Below are positions 47,058 through 56,233 of a stretch of DNA of 64,000 bases, in pieces (the stretch's first letter is position 1; every line of letters begins with the position of its first letter). The notes beneath the pieces were generated by a model. The model did not search any database. It saw only the letters and a list, made by a program, of their open reading frames with translations, and was not told where the DNA came from. Made by a program: the position numbers and the translations under genes. The DNA comes from Oligoflexales bacterium (GTDB taxonomy: Bacteria > Bdellovibrionota_B > Oligoflexia > Oligoflexales > RGVZ01), in the NCBI GenBank assembly GCA_947445775.1, contig CANFEB010000006.1, forward strand, positions 579 to 64,578, in the 5' to 3' direction.

Positions 47058-47453
47058 TTAATCGCGACCCATATCTTCAGCTGCTTCACGGGCTGCTGCT
47101 TCGCGCTCTTTTGCGTCGGCAGCTTCCTTGGTGATTTCGATCTTGCGCTTGGCAACGTCGACCCGCTTGTTGACTAGGACTGACAGGTAGCGCAAGACGT
47201 TTTCGTCAATGCGCATCAAGCGTTCCATTTCAGTCAAATTGCCAGAAAGACCAGCAAAGTCGTAAACAGCGTAGTTGCCGCGGTGCTGGTTATTAATCGG
47301 GAAAGTCAGCTTGCGGGATCCCCAAAGATCTTTCTTGAGGATTTCTCCACCGTCATCGGTCATGTACTTTTCGTACTTGGCCAAAACTCCGAGGAAGTCA
47401 CTCTCGGGCAGGTCCGAGCGGGTGATGAACGTTATTTCATATTCTCTCAACAT
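47058..47453 (-). CDS. rpsF: 30S ribosomal protein S6
   Basis: REYEITFI....LWG.RKLTFPINNQHRGNYAVYDF, with an acidic/Ala-rich tail. AAGGAG lies upstream. Confidence 0.95.
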   Translation of the reverse strand: MLREYEITFITRSDLPESDFLGVLAKYEKYMTDDGGEILKKDLWGSRKLTFPINNQHRGNYAVYDFAGLSGNLTEMERLMRIDENVLRYLSVLVNKRVDVAKRKIEITKEAADAKEREAAAREAAEDMGRD

Positions 47454-47515
47454 TTTCCGTCTCCTTTACGGTTTCTCAGCCTGTGCTCTTGTTGAATTGG
47501 CACAAGCAAAGGAGG

Positions 47516-48085
47516 TTAATTTCCGGACCCTGCTGCTCTACTGCCTTGAAAAAGATTTTTCAATCGTAGAAGAGCCTCAGCGGTCATCACACTTCTCATA
47601 TTCTCAAGTTCCTGAGCCCCCAGTGGAGCCAGAACCCAATCCGCCATGGCAACCTGAAACGTTGCCTCCAGCGGTTTACCAACCCCCAACTTTACCCTTG
47701 GGAAATCAGCGGAGCCCATGCATTCAATAATGCTACGGACACCATTGTGGCCACCGTGCCCACCAGCCGTCCTTACCTTCACTTTTCCAGCGGGAACATC
47801 GATGTCGTCGTATAAAACTACGATATCGGTCACTGGAATCTTGAAGTAGGCCGCAGCCTTCTGCACTGACCTGCCACTGACATTCATGAAAGCCTGGGGT
47901 TTGATGACCAGGCAATCTTCTCCGCCAATGACCGTCTTAGCCGACAGCGCTTCAAACCGGGACATCTCGTCCCGCCAATCGGCACCCGCCTGCCGGACCA
48001 GCTCATCCACCACAATAAATCCAGCATTGTGGCGGCTGACTTCGTACTTTTTCCCCGGATTTCCGAGGCCCACTAGGAGCTTCAA
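47516..48085 (-). CDS. pth: Peptidyl-tRNA hydrolase
   Basis: MKLLVGLGNPGKKYEVSRHNAGF and GGHGGHNGVRSI. Confidence 0.95.
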   Translation of the reverse strand: MKLLVGLGNPGKKYEVSRHNAGFIVVDELVRQAGADWRDEMSRFEALSAKTVIGGEDCLVIKPQAFMNVSGRSVQKAAAYFKIPVTDIVVLYDDIDVPAGKVKVRTAGGHGGHNGVRSIIECMGSADFPRVKLGVGKPLEATFQVAMADWVLAPLGAQELENMRSVMTAEALLRLKNLFQGSRAAGSGN

Positions 48086-48126
48086 AATTCTTCACCAGGA
48101 AAAAGGTTCTATCTGATTCAATCGAA

Positions 48127-48411
48127 TCAGATGTGAGCCAAATCAACATGCAGCGGAAGGCGCTTCACGTGATCAAGCTGAAGTTCAGTGATAAGAACCG
48201 GAAGAATTTTTCCATCGAGGCTGAGGTTGAACTTTTTCTCGTTCTTCCAAGCCCTGGACAAAAACTTCGGGTTGATTTCCAGCTTTGTCGCCTTGCCTTT
48301 ATGGCAAAGGTTTGCGGGAATCATTCCATCGCGACGGATCCGGCGGCAAGCGCCCTTACCGGTTACTTCGCGATGCTTTCCTTCGATTGTGATCATGGTC
48401 GTTTCGGACAT
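48127..48411 (-). CDS. rplY: 50S ribosomal protein L25 (short form)
   Basis: REVTGKGACRRIRRDGMIPA resembles L25 (R.EQGKGASRRLR....PA). The product is 94 aa and sits in the conserved prs-L25-pth position. AGGGTGAG lies upstream of the ATG at 48411. Confidence 0.85.
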   Translation of the reverse strand: MSETTMITIEGKHREVTGKGACRRIRRDGMIPANLCHKGKATKLEINPKFLSRAWKNEKKFNLSLDGKILPVLITELQLDHVKRLPLHVDLAHI

Positions 48412-48517
48412 GATAATACTCACCCTAAAATCTATAGGACCAACAGAACCATGGCTTATAGCCACATATGACAAGGCTTTCAAGCCGTTTGTCCGCTGAA
48501 TTCAAATTGCTTGGGAT

Positions 48518-49465
48518 CTAAACAAAAAGGGAGCTGACGGAATCCGAATTATGAATCCGCCGGATGGCCTCTGCAAACAAATCAGAGATAGATAACTGCA
48601 TGATTTTGCTTGATTTTTTTGCAGTCTCGCTCAATGGAATCGAATCCGTGCAAATAAACTCTTTCAGTGCCGACGCCTCGATCTTGGCCAACGCGGCCCC
48701 AGAAAGTACTGGGTGACTGATCACGGCGTAGACCCCTTTGGCTCCATTCTCCGCCAAAGTATCCGCCGCCTTGGTCAAAGACCCGCCAGTGTCGCAGATA
48801 TCGTCCACGATCAAACAATTGCGTCCCTTGACGTCCCCGATGACGTTCATCACCGTGCTTTCATTCGGGCGATCCCGACGCTTGTCGATAATCGCAAGCC
48901 CGCAATTGAAATACTTTGCCAATGCCCGTGCGCGCTCAACTCCACCCGCATCGGGTGAAACGACCATCAGGTCCTCGAGAATATCCGGCCGGCTAGAAAG
49001 ATAATTCGCGAAAATCGGCTTGGCAAAAAGGTGGTCCACCGGAATATTAAAAAATCCTTGGATCGCCGCCGTGTGCAATTCCAGAGACAAAATCCGGTCA
49101 AAACCCGCGCTCGCAAAAAGATCCGCCACGAGCTTGGCGGTGATGGGCGTTCTAGGAGCGCTTTTGCGCTCCTGGCGGCCGTAACCGAAGTAGGGAACCA
49201 CCAGGGTGATGCGCTGCGCCGAGGAACGACGGCACGCATCTGCCATGATGAGGGCTTCCATGATGTGGTGATTTGCCGGAGCGCAGGTCGACTGAATAAT
49301 AAACACATCGCGACCGCGCACATTGCTTTCAATTTCAACGCGGGTTTCACCATCGGAAAACGATGTTACCGATGCCTCGCCAAGACCAATTTGAAGAGAA
49401 TTACAGATTTGTTCGGCCAAGGGCCGATTGGCGTTGCCAGAGAAGACGATGAGTCCGGTATCCAT
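48518..49465 (-). CDS. prs: Ribose-phosphate pyrophosphokinase
   Basis: LIVFSGNANRPLAEQI, VVPYFGYGRQERK and LIVDDICDTGGSL. The true ATG is at 49465. The track's extra 33 N-terminal residues are a read-through of tRNA-Gln. Confidence 0.96.
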   Translation of the reverse strand: MDTGLIVFSGNANRPLAEQICNSLQIGLGEASVTSFSDGETRVEIESNVRGRDVFIIQSTCAPANHHIMEALIMADACRRSSAQRITLVVPYFGYGRQERKSAPRTPITAKLVADLFASAGFDRILSLELHTAAIQGFFNIPVDHLFAKPIFANYLSSRPDILEDLMVVSPDAGGVERARALAKYFNCGLAIIDKRRDRPNESTVMNVIGDVKGRNCLIVDDICDTGGSLTKAADTLAENGAKGVYAVISHPVLSGAALAKIEASALKEFICTDSIPLSETAKKSSKIMQLSISDLFAEAIRRIHNSDSVSSLFV

Positions 49466-49488
49466 ATCAGGCCGACCATCGAAAAGAG

Positions 49489-49563
49489 TGGCTGGGGCGG
49501 TAGGATTCGAACCTACGAATACTGGAATCAAAATCCAGTGACTTACCGCTTGTCGACGCCCCA
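49489..49563 (-). tRNA. tRNA-Gln (anticodon UUG)
   Basis: Minus strand TGGGGCGTCGACAAGCGGTAAGTCACTGGATTTTGATTCCAGTATTCGTAGGTTCGAATCCTACCGCCCCAGCCA. It has the U1-A72 pair and is collinear with E. coli tRNA-Gln as I recall it. Anticodon loop TT-TTG-AT, 75 nt, CCA encoded. Confidence 0.95.
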
Positions 49564-49584
49564 ACTCGGATGCGGATCGCAGAA

Positions 49585-49613
49585 GAATTATTGTTATGAC
49601 CCATCCTTGTCAA
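49585..49613 (-). promoter_or_regulatory. Candidate sigma-70 promoter for tRNA-Gln-prs-rplY-pth
   Basis: The minus strand reads TTGACA-N17-TAATTC, ending about 20 nt upstream of the mature tRNA 5' end. The -35 is perfect and the -10 is mediocre. Confidence 0.35.
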
Positions 49614-49649
49614 GCCCGGAAAATAAGAAGCCAGCAAGATCCTCACAGG

Positions 49650-52352
49650 TCAGCCTTCCTTTGCTGGCGGCAAGTAGCGGGAAGAATCAAATTCCTCGCG
49701 CCAAACCGGCCGTCCATCTGGGTCATGATCAACTAACCAACTGCCGCGGCATGCCCCAGGCATGATCAGGATCCGGTCGGAAACCGGGTCCACCACCTTA
49801 TTATGAAACGCCCGCTTCATCGTTCTGGCGCCAAACCGGGGATCGGCCGCCATGGCCAGCAGGTGGTCTCGCAAATGCGGTCCAAGGCCTACCCGAAAAT
49901 TGCGAAAGGCCAACCGTTCATTGAGCTCGACCAACTGGCGACCCAGCACCAATTCGAGTTGCTGAGGGCCGAGCTTGCGAAATTGGACGATTTCATCAAT
50001 CCGGTTAACGAATTCAGGTCGAAGGGTCTCAGAAAGTGCTCGACGCAGGCCACCGTCGTCGCTCCCCGCCTGATTTTGGCTCTGATTTACTTGGATCAGG
50101 CCCGTCTCTAGATTCGAAGTCATGATGATCAAGGTATTACGAAAATCCACCACCTTGCCCCGCCCGTCGGTCAACCTGCCGTCTTCAAAGACTTGCAGCA
50201 TGATGTCCAGCACCTTCGGATGGGCTTTCTCAATTTCATCCAGAAGGACTACGGAATATGGCTTCTGGCGGACCGCCTCGGCAAGGTCTCCGCCCTCGCC
50301 AAATCCGACGTACCCCGGAGGTGCGCCAATTAACCGCGCGACATTGTGGGGTTCCATCATCTCCGACATGTCGACCCGAATCATCTTGGATTCGTCGTCA
50401 AACATTTCAGCGGCAAGGGCCTTGGCGGTTTCCGTCTTTCCGACTCCCGTTGGCCCCAAAAAAAGAAAAACTCCAAGGGGGCGCTTTGGATCATTGACGC
50501 CCGTGCGCGATCTGCGCACGGCACGGCTGACCGTGTCCAGGGCGGCATCCTGGCCAAAAACTCTGGCTTCAAGGCGGTTGCGCATCTTGAGCAAGCGATT
50601 CGAATCCTCCTCGACAATCTTGTCGACCGGAATTCGCGTCCAAGCCGCCACGACCTCGCCGATTTCCCGCGAACCGACCACCTGACGCAGAAAAGAGTTC
50701 TGCCCCTGTTGGGTATGGAGCTTACCGCGTACTTCTGTCAGGTGCTTTTCATTGTTTGGAATTTCTAAATACTGCAGGCGGGCCGCAAACTCAAATTCCC
50801 CGCGGGATTTTGCGCCCTCGTACAATCCCGAAAGTTCTTCTTTACGGGCTTCGGCTTCCCGCAGCGATTCAAGAGACGATTGATGGCTACGCCAGATTGC
50901 CTCCACGCGTTCATGTTCCTTGCGGGCCTTGCCAAGTTCAGCGTCAATGGTCGCTAAAGCCTTCTGATTGGAGGCAGGATTGCCGATGGCCTTGCGCTCA
51001 ATTTCAAGCTGAGCAATCCGCCCGCGCACGCCATCCAAAACAGCTGGCACACTGGCAATTTGCAGGCGCAACCTACTGGCCGCCTCGTCGACCAGATCAA
51101 TCGCCTTGTCGGGCAAACGCCGGTCCGGGACATAACGGACCGATAGGTCCACGGCGGCAACGAGAGCCTCGTCGTCAATTTGAACGCCGTGATGAATCTC
51201 GTAGCGAGACTTCAGCCCACGCAAAATGGAAATCGCAGCCGCCCGCCCAGGCTCCTCCACCACCAACGGTTGAAAACGCCGTTCCAAGGCCGCATCCTTT
51301 TCAATGTACTTGCGATATTCATCAAAGGTTGTTGCCCCAAGACATTGGATCAACCCGCGCGCCAACGCTGGCTTTAGAAGGTTTGCCGCATCAGCAGACC
51401 CCTGGGGATTGCCGGCACCCACGAGCATGTGGATCTCATCGATGAATAAGATAATTTGCCCCCGATATTCATCCAGGGCCTGCAACAAACCCTTGATCCG
51501 CTCCTCAAATTCCCCGCGGTACTTCGCGCCGGCCAACATGGCTCCGAGGTCCAGGGACAACACGCGCTTGTCGCGCATGGTTTCAGGGACCTGGCCGCTC
51601 GCAATTTTCAGGGCGACGGCTTCGGCGACGGCAGACTTGCCAACCCCAGGCTCGCCCAACAAAAGGGGGTTGTTCTTCTTTTTGCGCCCTAGAATTTCTA
51701 GAACTCGTCGCACCTCGGCGTCGCGGCCAATCACTGGATCGAGATCGCCCTTTTGAGCCAACTCCGTGAGGTCCGAAGTGAACGACTTCAAAAATGAATT
51801 GAGCTTGAATTCATCAGACGCCGCTGCCGCGGCCTTTTCTTCTTTCCCATTTTTTGGCTTGCTACCAATTTCAGAACTCCCGCCCACGTTGGAACTACCA
51901 GTATTTTCGGCGCTCGATTTGTCGGCCTTGTCGCTGTGACTTTTAATCGAGGACAGCGGAACAAAATCCCGAGGCTCACTGCGCAATTGTTTATAACCCG
52001 CGAAGAAATTTTGAATGGCTGTCGACTGTTTGCAAATCGCATCCCAAAGAACGGCCTCGGAAACTGCATGGGCGCCGCCCGCCGATTCCGCGCGGTCCAG
52101 GGCCGCCGACAGCCGTTTGCCAAATTCGATTTTGAGTGCGCCGAAAATCCTTGGGACTTTGGCCAGGTGACTTTCAAGGTGAGCCTTTAAACGCTCCGAC
52201 ACTTCCTTCGACAGTCCCACCTTGCCATGGCGCACAACGGCAAGGGCGACGTGTTCTGGTTCAAAGTGCGGATGACCAAATCCACGCGCGTATTGGAGGC
52301 CTTGATGAAGGGCCTTTTGCGCTGAAAATTCGTATTTTGACAGGTCCATCAT
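49650..52352 (-). CDS. clpB: ClpB-type AAA+ disaggregase
   Basis: Clp_N repeats, D1 (LLGEPGVGKSAVAE, ILFIDEIH), a long coiled-coil M-domain and D2 (FLFLGPTGVGKTETAKALA, VVLLDEIEKAH). The ATG at 52352 overlaps the upstream stop (TAATG). A low-complexity linker follows the N-domain. Confidence 0.93.
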   Translation of the reverse strand: MMDLSKYEFSAQKALHQGLQYARGFGHPHFEPEHVALAVVRHGKVGLSKEVSERLKAHLESHLAKVPRIFGALKIEFGKRLSAALDRAESAGGAHAVSEAVLWDAICKQSTAIQNFFAGYKQLRSEPRDFVPLSSIKSHSDKADKSSAENTGSSNVGGSSEIGSKPKNGKEEKAAAAASDEFKLNSFLKSFTSDLTELAQKGDLDPVIGRDAEVRRVLEILGRKKKNNPLLLGEPGVGKSAVAEAVALKIASGQVPETMRDKRVLSLDLGAMLAGAKYRGEFEERIKGLLQALDEYRGQIILFIDEIHMLVGAGNPQGSADAANLLKPALARGLIQCLGATTFDEYRKYIEKDAALERRFQPLVVEEPGRAAAISILRGLKSRYEIHHGVQIDDEALVAAVDLSVRYVPDRRLPDKAIDLVDEAASRLRLQIASVPAVLDGVRGRIAQLEIERKAIGNPASNQKALATIDAELGKARKEHERVEAIWRSHQSSLESLREAEARKEELSGLYEGAKSRGEFEFAARLQYLEIPNNEKHLTEVRGKLHTQQGQNSFLRQVVGSREIGEVVAAWTRIPVDKIVEEDSNRLLKMRNRLEARVFGQDAALDTVSRAVRRSRTGVNDPKRPLGVFLFLGPTGVGKTETAKALAAEMFDDESKMIRVDMSEMMEPHNVARLIGAPPGYVGFGEGGDLAEAVRQKPYSVVLLDEIEKAHPKVLDIMLQVFEDGRLTDGRGKVVDFRNTLIIMTSNLETGLIQVNQSQNQAGSDDGGLRRALSETLRPEFVNRIDEIVQFRKLGPQQLELVLGRQLVELNERLAFRNFRVGLGPHLRDHLLAMAADPRFGARTMKRAFHNKVVDPVSDRILIMPGACRGSWLVDHDPDGRPVWREEFDSSRYLPPAKEG

Positions 52353-54499
52353 TATACCGCCAAATCCAAGTCCGGCAGAACAAATTTCGGAGCTTCCATG
52401 GTTGCTGGCGCGACCACTGGCAAAGCAGGCGTTATGGCTGCCATTCCAGCCACCCAATTTTTATCTACCTCTGCCACCACCAGGGTGACGTCATCGGCAA
52501 TGGGAACATTGCCAAAAAATCCAAATGCTTTGCCAACAATTGAGTCTCGAACCTCCTCGACACTGGCTAAATTCCCCCCAGCTTGCATTGTGGCGCTCAG
52601 GGCCTTACGCCCCCACATCTGCCCTGCGGGAGATCGGCATTCGATCAAACCATCGGTAAACAAAACCAGACGTTCCCCCGCGCGAATCGGGCGGCGCTTG
52701 TCCTCAAATTTACTGGCATCATCAACGCCCAGCGGGTTGCCACTAAGAGACAGCGACTGTGGTGTCCCGGCCTTTGCCGCGCCAGAATCTGGGGGGAAAA
52801 TCACAAATGGAAAATTATGTCCGGCATTGGAGTAGACCATTTCGCCCTTTTGGAAATCATAAAGCACGGCATAACAGGTCATGCTGATCTTGCCCTTCAC
52901 GGCGCCAAAAATAACGTTGTTCATCCTGGTCAGAAGCTGGGCTGGCGAGTCATTGAAAATTGCCGCGTCCTTGATGATGTCTGAAATTAAATTACAGGCC
53001 GTATAGGCCATCGCTGTCATGATGGCCGCCGATGCGCCGTGGCCCATGGCATCGGCGATGTAAACCAGTTCAACCCCCGGACGCACCGTAAAGTGGCCCC
53101 AGAGATCGCCCCCGCACTCCGTCGCAGGCTGATAACTACCAACCATTCTGAGATTTTTTATTTCGATTGCACCAGGCGGAAAAAATGTTTCTTGGACGGT
53201 GCGTGCCGTGTTGGCTTCCTCCTGAAGGCGACCCTTTTCAGCCTTTAAGTCAACTTGAGCATTCAAGTCGGCGGCCATTTGATTGACTGCTCCCGCAATC
53301 CGCCCAATCTCATCGTCAGATTTAATGATGATGCGCGTGGTAAAGTCACCCCCAGCAATCCTGCCCGTGGCATTGTAAACATTATTCAACTGGACGGTGC
53401 TTTCTGTTGCCAGGATCAAACCGACCCAGAACGCGCCAATCACCACAAAAATGGCTGCAAGGATCGTATCGTCACGTGATTTCTTTAGGACCCCGAATAC
53501 GGCGTCGGAACGTTTTTGAACAATCACCCAATGACGGTCCATTCCGATGCCCTGTTTTTGAACGCGGGCAAAGGCTCCCACCCACTCAAGTTGGCGTTTG
53601 CCCCGATATGTCGAAGTTTGAGACTTCGGAATAAACTCTTGTATGGCCGCTGGCAAACGGGACGAAAAACTGCGTTCTGATAACTGTTGATAAAATCCGC
53701 TTGGCTGGATTGATGAAAGGGCCATCCCGACCACGGGCAACTGCGCGTAGGACCGGGCATTCAAAACGTCACGCACAACGGTCGATCCAACAACGATGCC
53801 AGCATCGTCAATGATACTGGTTTCAACAGCTGAGGTCTTTGGCAAGGCCACCATCAACGATGTCAACCAAATCGAAGTGGCCACGAGAGAAAATTCCTGG
53901 CTGCCCTTCTTTTCGGCGGGATATCTGATCAAAATCGTAAACACGGGAAGGCGCGATTCCCTGGCAAGGCTCACAAATTTAAAGACCGGCTGGGCTGTGG
54001 CCTCGGCTGATTTGTCTTTAGCGAATCGTTCGATTTCCCGCTGTTCGAGCGCCATCAAACTGCGATGCATGGCCGCCGAATCACCGCCCTGAAACAAAGC
54101 GTCCTGCGCCTGAAACGGGGCTAGGTCGCTGGCAACCCTGCCGGCAAAATCGCCTTTAGCCGGATCAAATCGGTAGGTCGAGAGGGTAAGGAATTCGCGA
54201 AAGCCCTGCAAATATACAGCAAAGCTGATTTTTTGTTTCGCTGGGTCTTGAAGGAGCAATGGCGCCGCAAAGGTGGTCAATTGGCCGACCTGCGTCTTGA
54301 CGGTAGCGCCAACCGCATCAGCGGACTTTTCAGCGTTTCCCGTCAATTCATCCTGAATTCCGTTGTTCAGAAAGGCCTCAAATCGCGAGCTAACAAGGAC
54401 AGAGATCACAATAATACCAAAAGTTGCCACCAAGGTGATCACAAGGGAAAACCGCCCGCGCAGTGACTTGAAAATTGGCACCTGTGTATTTTCTGCCAT
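52352..54499 (-). CDS. Membrane sensor PP2C/SpoIIE-family serine phosphatase with periplasmic domain and HAMP
   Basis: TM1, a ~300-aa extracytoplasmic region, TM2, HAMP (TGRIAGGDFTTRIIIKSDDEIGRIAGAVNQMAADLN), then SpoIIE (CGGDLWGHF, YIADAMGHGASAAIMTA, VLFTDGLIE). I prefer the ATG at 54499, which has a G-rich SD, over the TTG at 54544. Confidence 0.85.
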   Translation of the reverse strand: MAENTQVPIFKSLRGRFSLVITLVATFGIIVISVLVSSRFEAFLNNGIQDELTGNAEKSADAVGATVKTQVGQLTTFAAPLLLQDPAKQKISFAVYLQGFREFLTLSTYRFDPAKGDFAGRVASDLAPFQAQDALFQGGDSAAMHRSLMALEQREIERFAKDKSAEATAQPVFKFVSLARESRLPVFTILIRYPAEKKGSQEFSLVATSIWLTSLMVALPKTSAVETSIIDDAGIVVGSTVVRDVLNARSYAQLPVVGMALSSIQPSGFYQQLSERSFSSRLPAAIQEFIPKSQTSTYRGKRQLEWVGAFARVQKQGIGMDRHWVIVQKRSDAVFGVLKKSRDDTILAAIFVVIGAFWVGLILATESTVQLNNVYNATGRIAGGDFTTRIIIKSDDEIGRIAGAVNQMAADLNAQVDLKAEKGRLQEEANTARTVQETFFPPGAIEIKNLRMVGSYQPATECGGDLWGHFTVRPGVELVYIADAMGHGASAAIMTAMAYTACNLISDIIKDAAIFNDSPAQLLTRMNNVIFGAVKGKISMTCYAVLYDFQKGEMVYSNAGHNFPFVIFPPDSGAAKAGTPQSLSLSGNPLGVDDASKFEDKRRPIRAGERLVLFTDGLIECRSPAGQMWGRKALSATMQAGGNLASVEEVRDSIVGKAFGFFGNVPIADDVTLVVAEVDKNWVAGMAAITPALPVVAPATMEAPKFVLPDLDLAV

Positions 54500-54608
54500 A
54501 TATAGACGCCCCCCCCTGATTCTACTTATTTGGGCATCGGTCAAACCAACCAGGGCTTTAATCGGCTTTGGTGAATCTCAAGTTATTGCGGGGTGTTCCG
54601 ATGGCCCA

Positions 54609-56228
54609 ATGGACGGAAAACCCTCGGGGGCACCAAGTTTTATGAACGGTCAAATGAGCTTTACCAGCAGGATCGCCATTGCCATCGGCACTGTGGCTCT
54701 TAGCTATTTCGCGGCCATTGCCGCTGTGCGGCGCTTTGACCTTTATGGCTTCCACGACGAATCAAAGATTGGCTGGCTCTCAAAGGTCGAAGGCAACGTC
54801 CAGGTCAGGTCGGGCGACGCTGAATTTCGCCCCGTAACCACGGGCGCGCCCCTTTCTGACGGAGACCAGATCGTGACAGGGCCATCCTCGCGGGCATCCA
54901 TCAACTTCCATTCCGGCCGCACGGCTGACTGCCTTGCCAATTCCAGAATCACCATTTCTTCTCTGGAAGACGCTAAGTCGAGTCCCACAATCCTTATTGA
55001 TGCCACACGCGCGGGGCAGACCGAGGTCTCATTGGCGAATGCAGACTCCAAGCCGGTCATCTTGTTGACAGGTAACGGAGCCATCACCGTCAGTGCCGGT
55101 GAGTCTGTCACCACCAAAAGCTTCGGCGCTGCGGGAGCAGCGGAGGTTATCAAGAAGGACATCAAAACGGGTGTGACAACAACCTTGACCAAGGTCGAGG
55201 CGGCTGAAAGCACGAAAATAATTCAACAAGCATTGGCTGCTGTGGCAACCCCGACTCCGGCTCCATTGGCGACTCCAACACCCGCACCAGTTCCAAAAAT
55301 CGATGCGACGGCAATTCTTGTATCACCCAAATCTGGCGCCACCTTGTGGACAATCAACCCCATCAATGGACTCGCCGCCACCCAGTTGCCCGTTGTCGTA
55401 AGCATCAAAGCGAGTCCGGCCCCAACCAACTTAGTGCTCGAACTGCGGGTGGGACCAAAGGGCAAAGGCACCCAAGTCCCGCTGACTCCAACCGGTCAGG
55501 CAAATACCTATAGTGGGAAAGTTCCGATCGGAACTTTGACAGAATCGGGCAAACCGCAATTTGTTCAGGGCGCTGTTGTATACGAATTCGAGGTCGCCCT
55601 GATTGCGGGTGCTGGACAAGCCGTGAAACGAATTCCAGGTGTTGGAGGTTTTTCCATCGGATCTCTCAGTGGGTTGGCCCAAGCCCCCAATACAATCATT
55701 GGCCTCGAGGACTTGACGGAGCGACCAGTGGTCGGGCCATGGATCGCCGGCAAAACCGGAAATGACCCGGAGAAATTCCCAATTGTCCTCACCACCATCA
55801 AGGCTGGTCTCGCGCGTCCCTTTCTAGCGCCCCTGCGGTCCGCGCAGCGCAGTGGATTCAGCGTCAACGTCCGATTGGGATCCGCCGGAACATTCATTGT
55901 CAAAAACCAGGAAGTCATTGCCCAAATTGGAGGCAAGGGTCTGACCAATGCCGTTTCAGACCGCGCCCGCGAACTCTTGGACGCGGATTTCGTCTATACT
56001 GGCCCACAAGATGCTCTAGTAAGCTCCTTAAAGTATTCCGTGGATCAAATTCAGGTTCTGGTTGCTGAGTCAGTGCAAAGCGGAAAGAGCATTTATGTGT
56101 TCCAAGATCAAAATCTGTTTCAGGTAAATGCTGAATTTGTCAGAAAACACCCTTCGGTTGCCTCTTTTGTGCGGCGAAATTCGAGTGCGTTTTTCACCAA
56201 GCAGGTAAAAATTAATAGTTTTAGGTAA
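54609..56228 (+). CDS. Membrane-anchored FecR-domain-like protein with Pro/Thr linker and uncharacterised C-terminal domain
   Basis: TM anchor (IAIAIGTVALSYFAAIAAV), then a FecR-like block (VEGNVQVRSGDAEF..GAPLSDGDQIVTGPSSRASINFHSGRTADCLANSRITI), then the linker ATPTPAPLATPTPAPVP. The start is ambiguous (ATG 54609, 54642 or 54654). The track start at 54363 overlaps the phosphatase gene and is rejected. Confidence 0.6.
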   Translation: MDGKPSGAPSFMNGQMSFTSRIAIAIGTVALSYFAAIAAVRRFDLYGFHDESKIGWLSKVEGNVQVRSGDAEFRPVTTGAPLSDGDQIVTGPSSRASINFHSGRTADCLANSRITISSLEDAKSSPTILIDATRAGQTEVSLANADSKPVILLTGNGAITVSAGESVTTKSFGAAGAAEVIKKDIKTGVTTTLTKVEAAESTKIIQQALAAVATPTPAPLATPTPAPVPKIDATAILVSPKSGATLWTINPINGLAATQLPVVVSIKASPAPTNLVLELRVGPKGKGTQVPLTPTGQANTYSGKVPIGTLTESGKPQFVQGAVVYEFEVALIAGAGQAVKRIPGVGGFSIGSLSGLAQAPNTIIGLEDLTERPVVGPWIAGKTGNDPEKFPIVLTTIKAGLARPFLAPLRSAQRSGFSVNVRLGSAGTFIVKNQEVIAQIGGKGLTNAVSDRARELLDADFVYTGPQDALVSSLKYSVDQIQVLVAESVQSGKSIYVFQDQNLFQVNAEFVRKHPSVASFVRRNSSAFFTKQVKINSFR

Positions 56229-56233
56229 CGTTA

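Noticed and set aside
49466-49564. N-terminal 33 codons of the track's prs ORF.
   Set aside because: This segment is the reverse-strand tRNA-Gln(UUG) read as protein. The canonical PRPP synthetase N-terminus begins at ATG 49465.
54474-54490. Sigma-54 promoter candidates: TGGCAC hits such as TTGGCACctgtgTATTT at 54474-54490. Other hits lie at about 4478, 10281, 22155, 38015, 47506 and 63385, plus several on the minus strand.
   Set aside because: None has the required TTGC(A/T) element 5 nt downstream of TGGCAC. Most lie inside coding sequence or on the wrong strand relative to nearby genes.
54363-54608. 5' extension of the FecR-like ORF into the phosphatase gene, and similarly 59087-59476 for the DUF1844-like ORF.
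   Set aside because: The extensions overlap the 5' ends of divergent, better-supported genes and precede the first plausible TM or family-homologous residues. Internal ATGs with SD-like sequences give sensible proteins.
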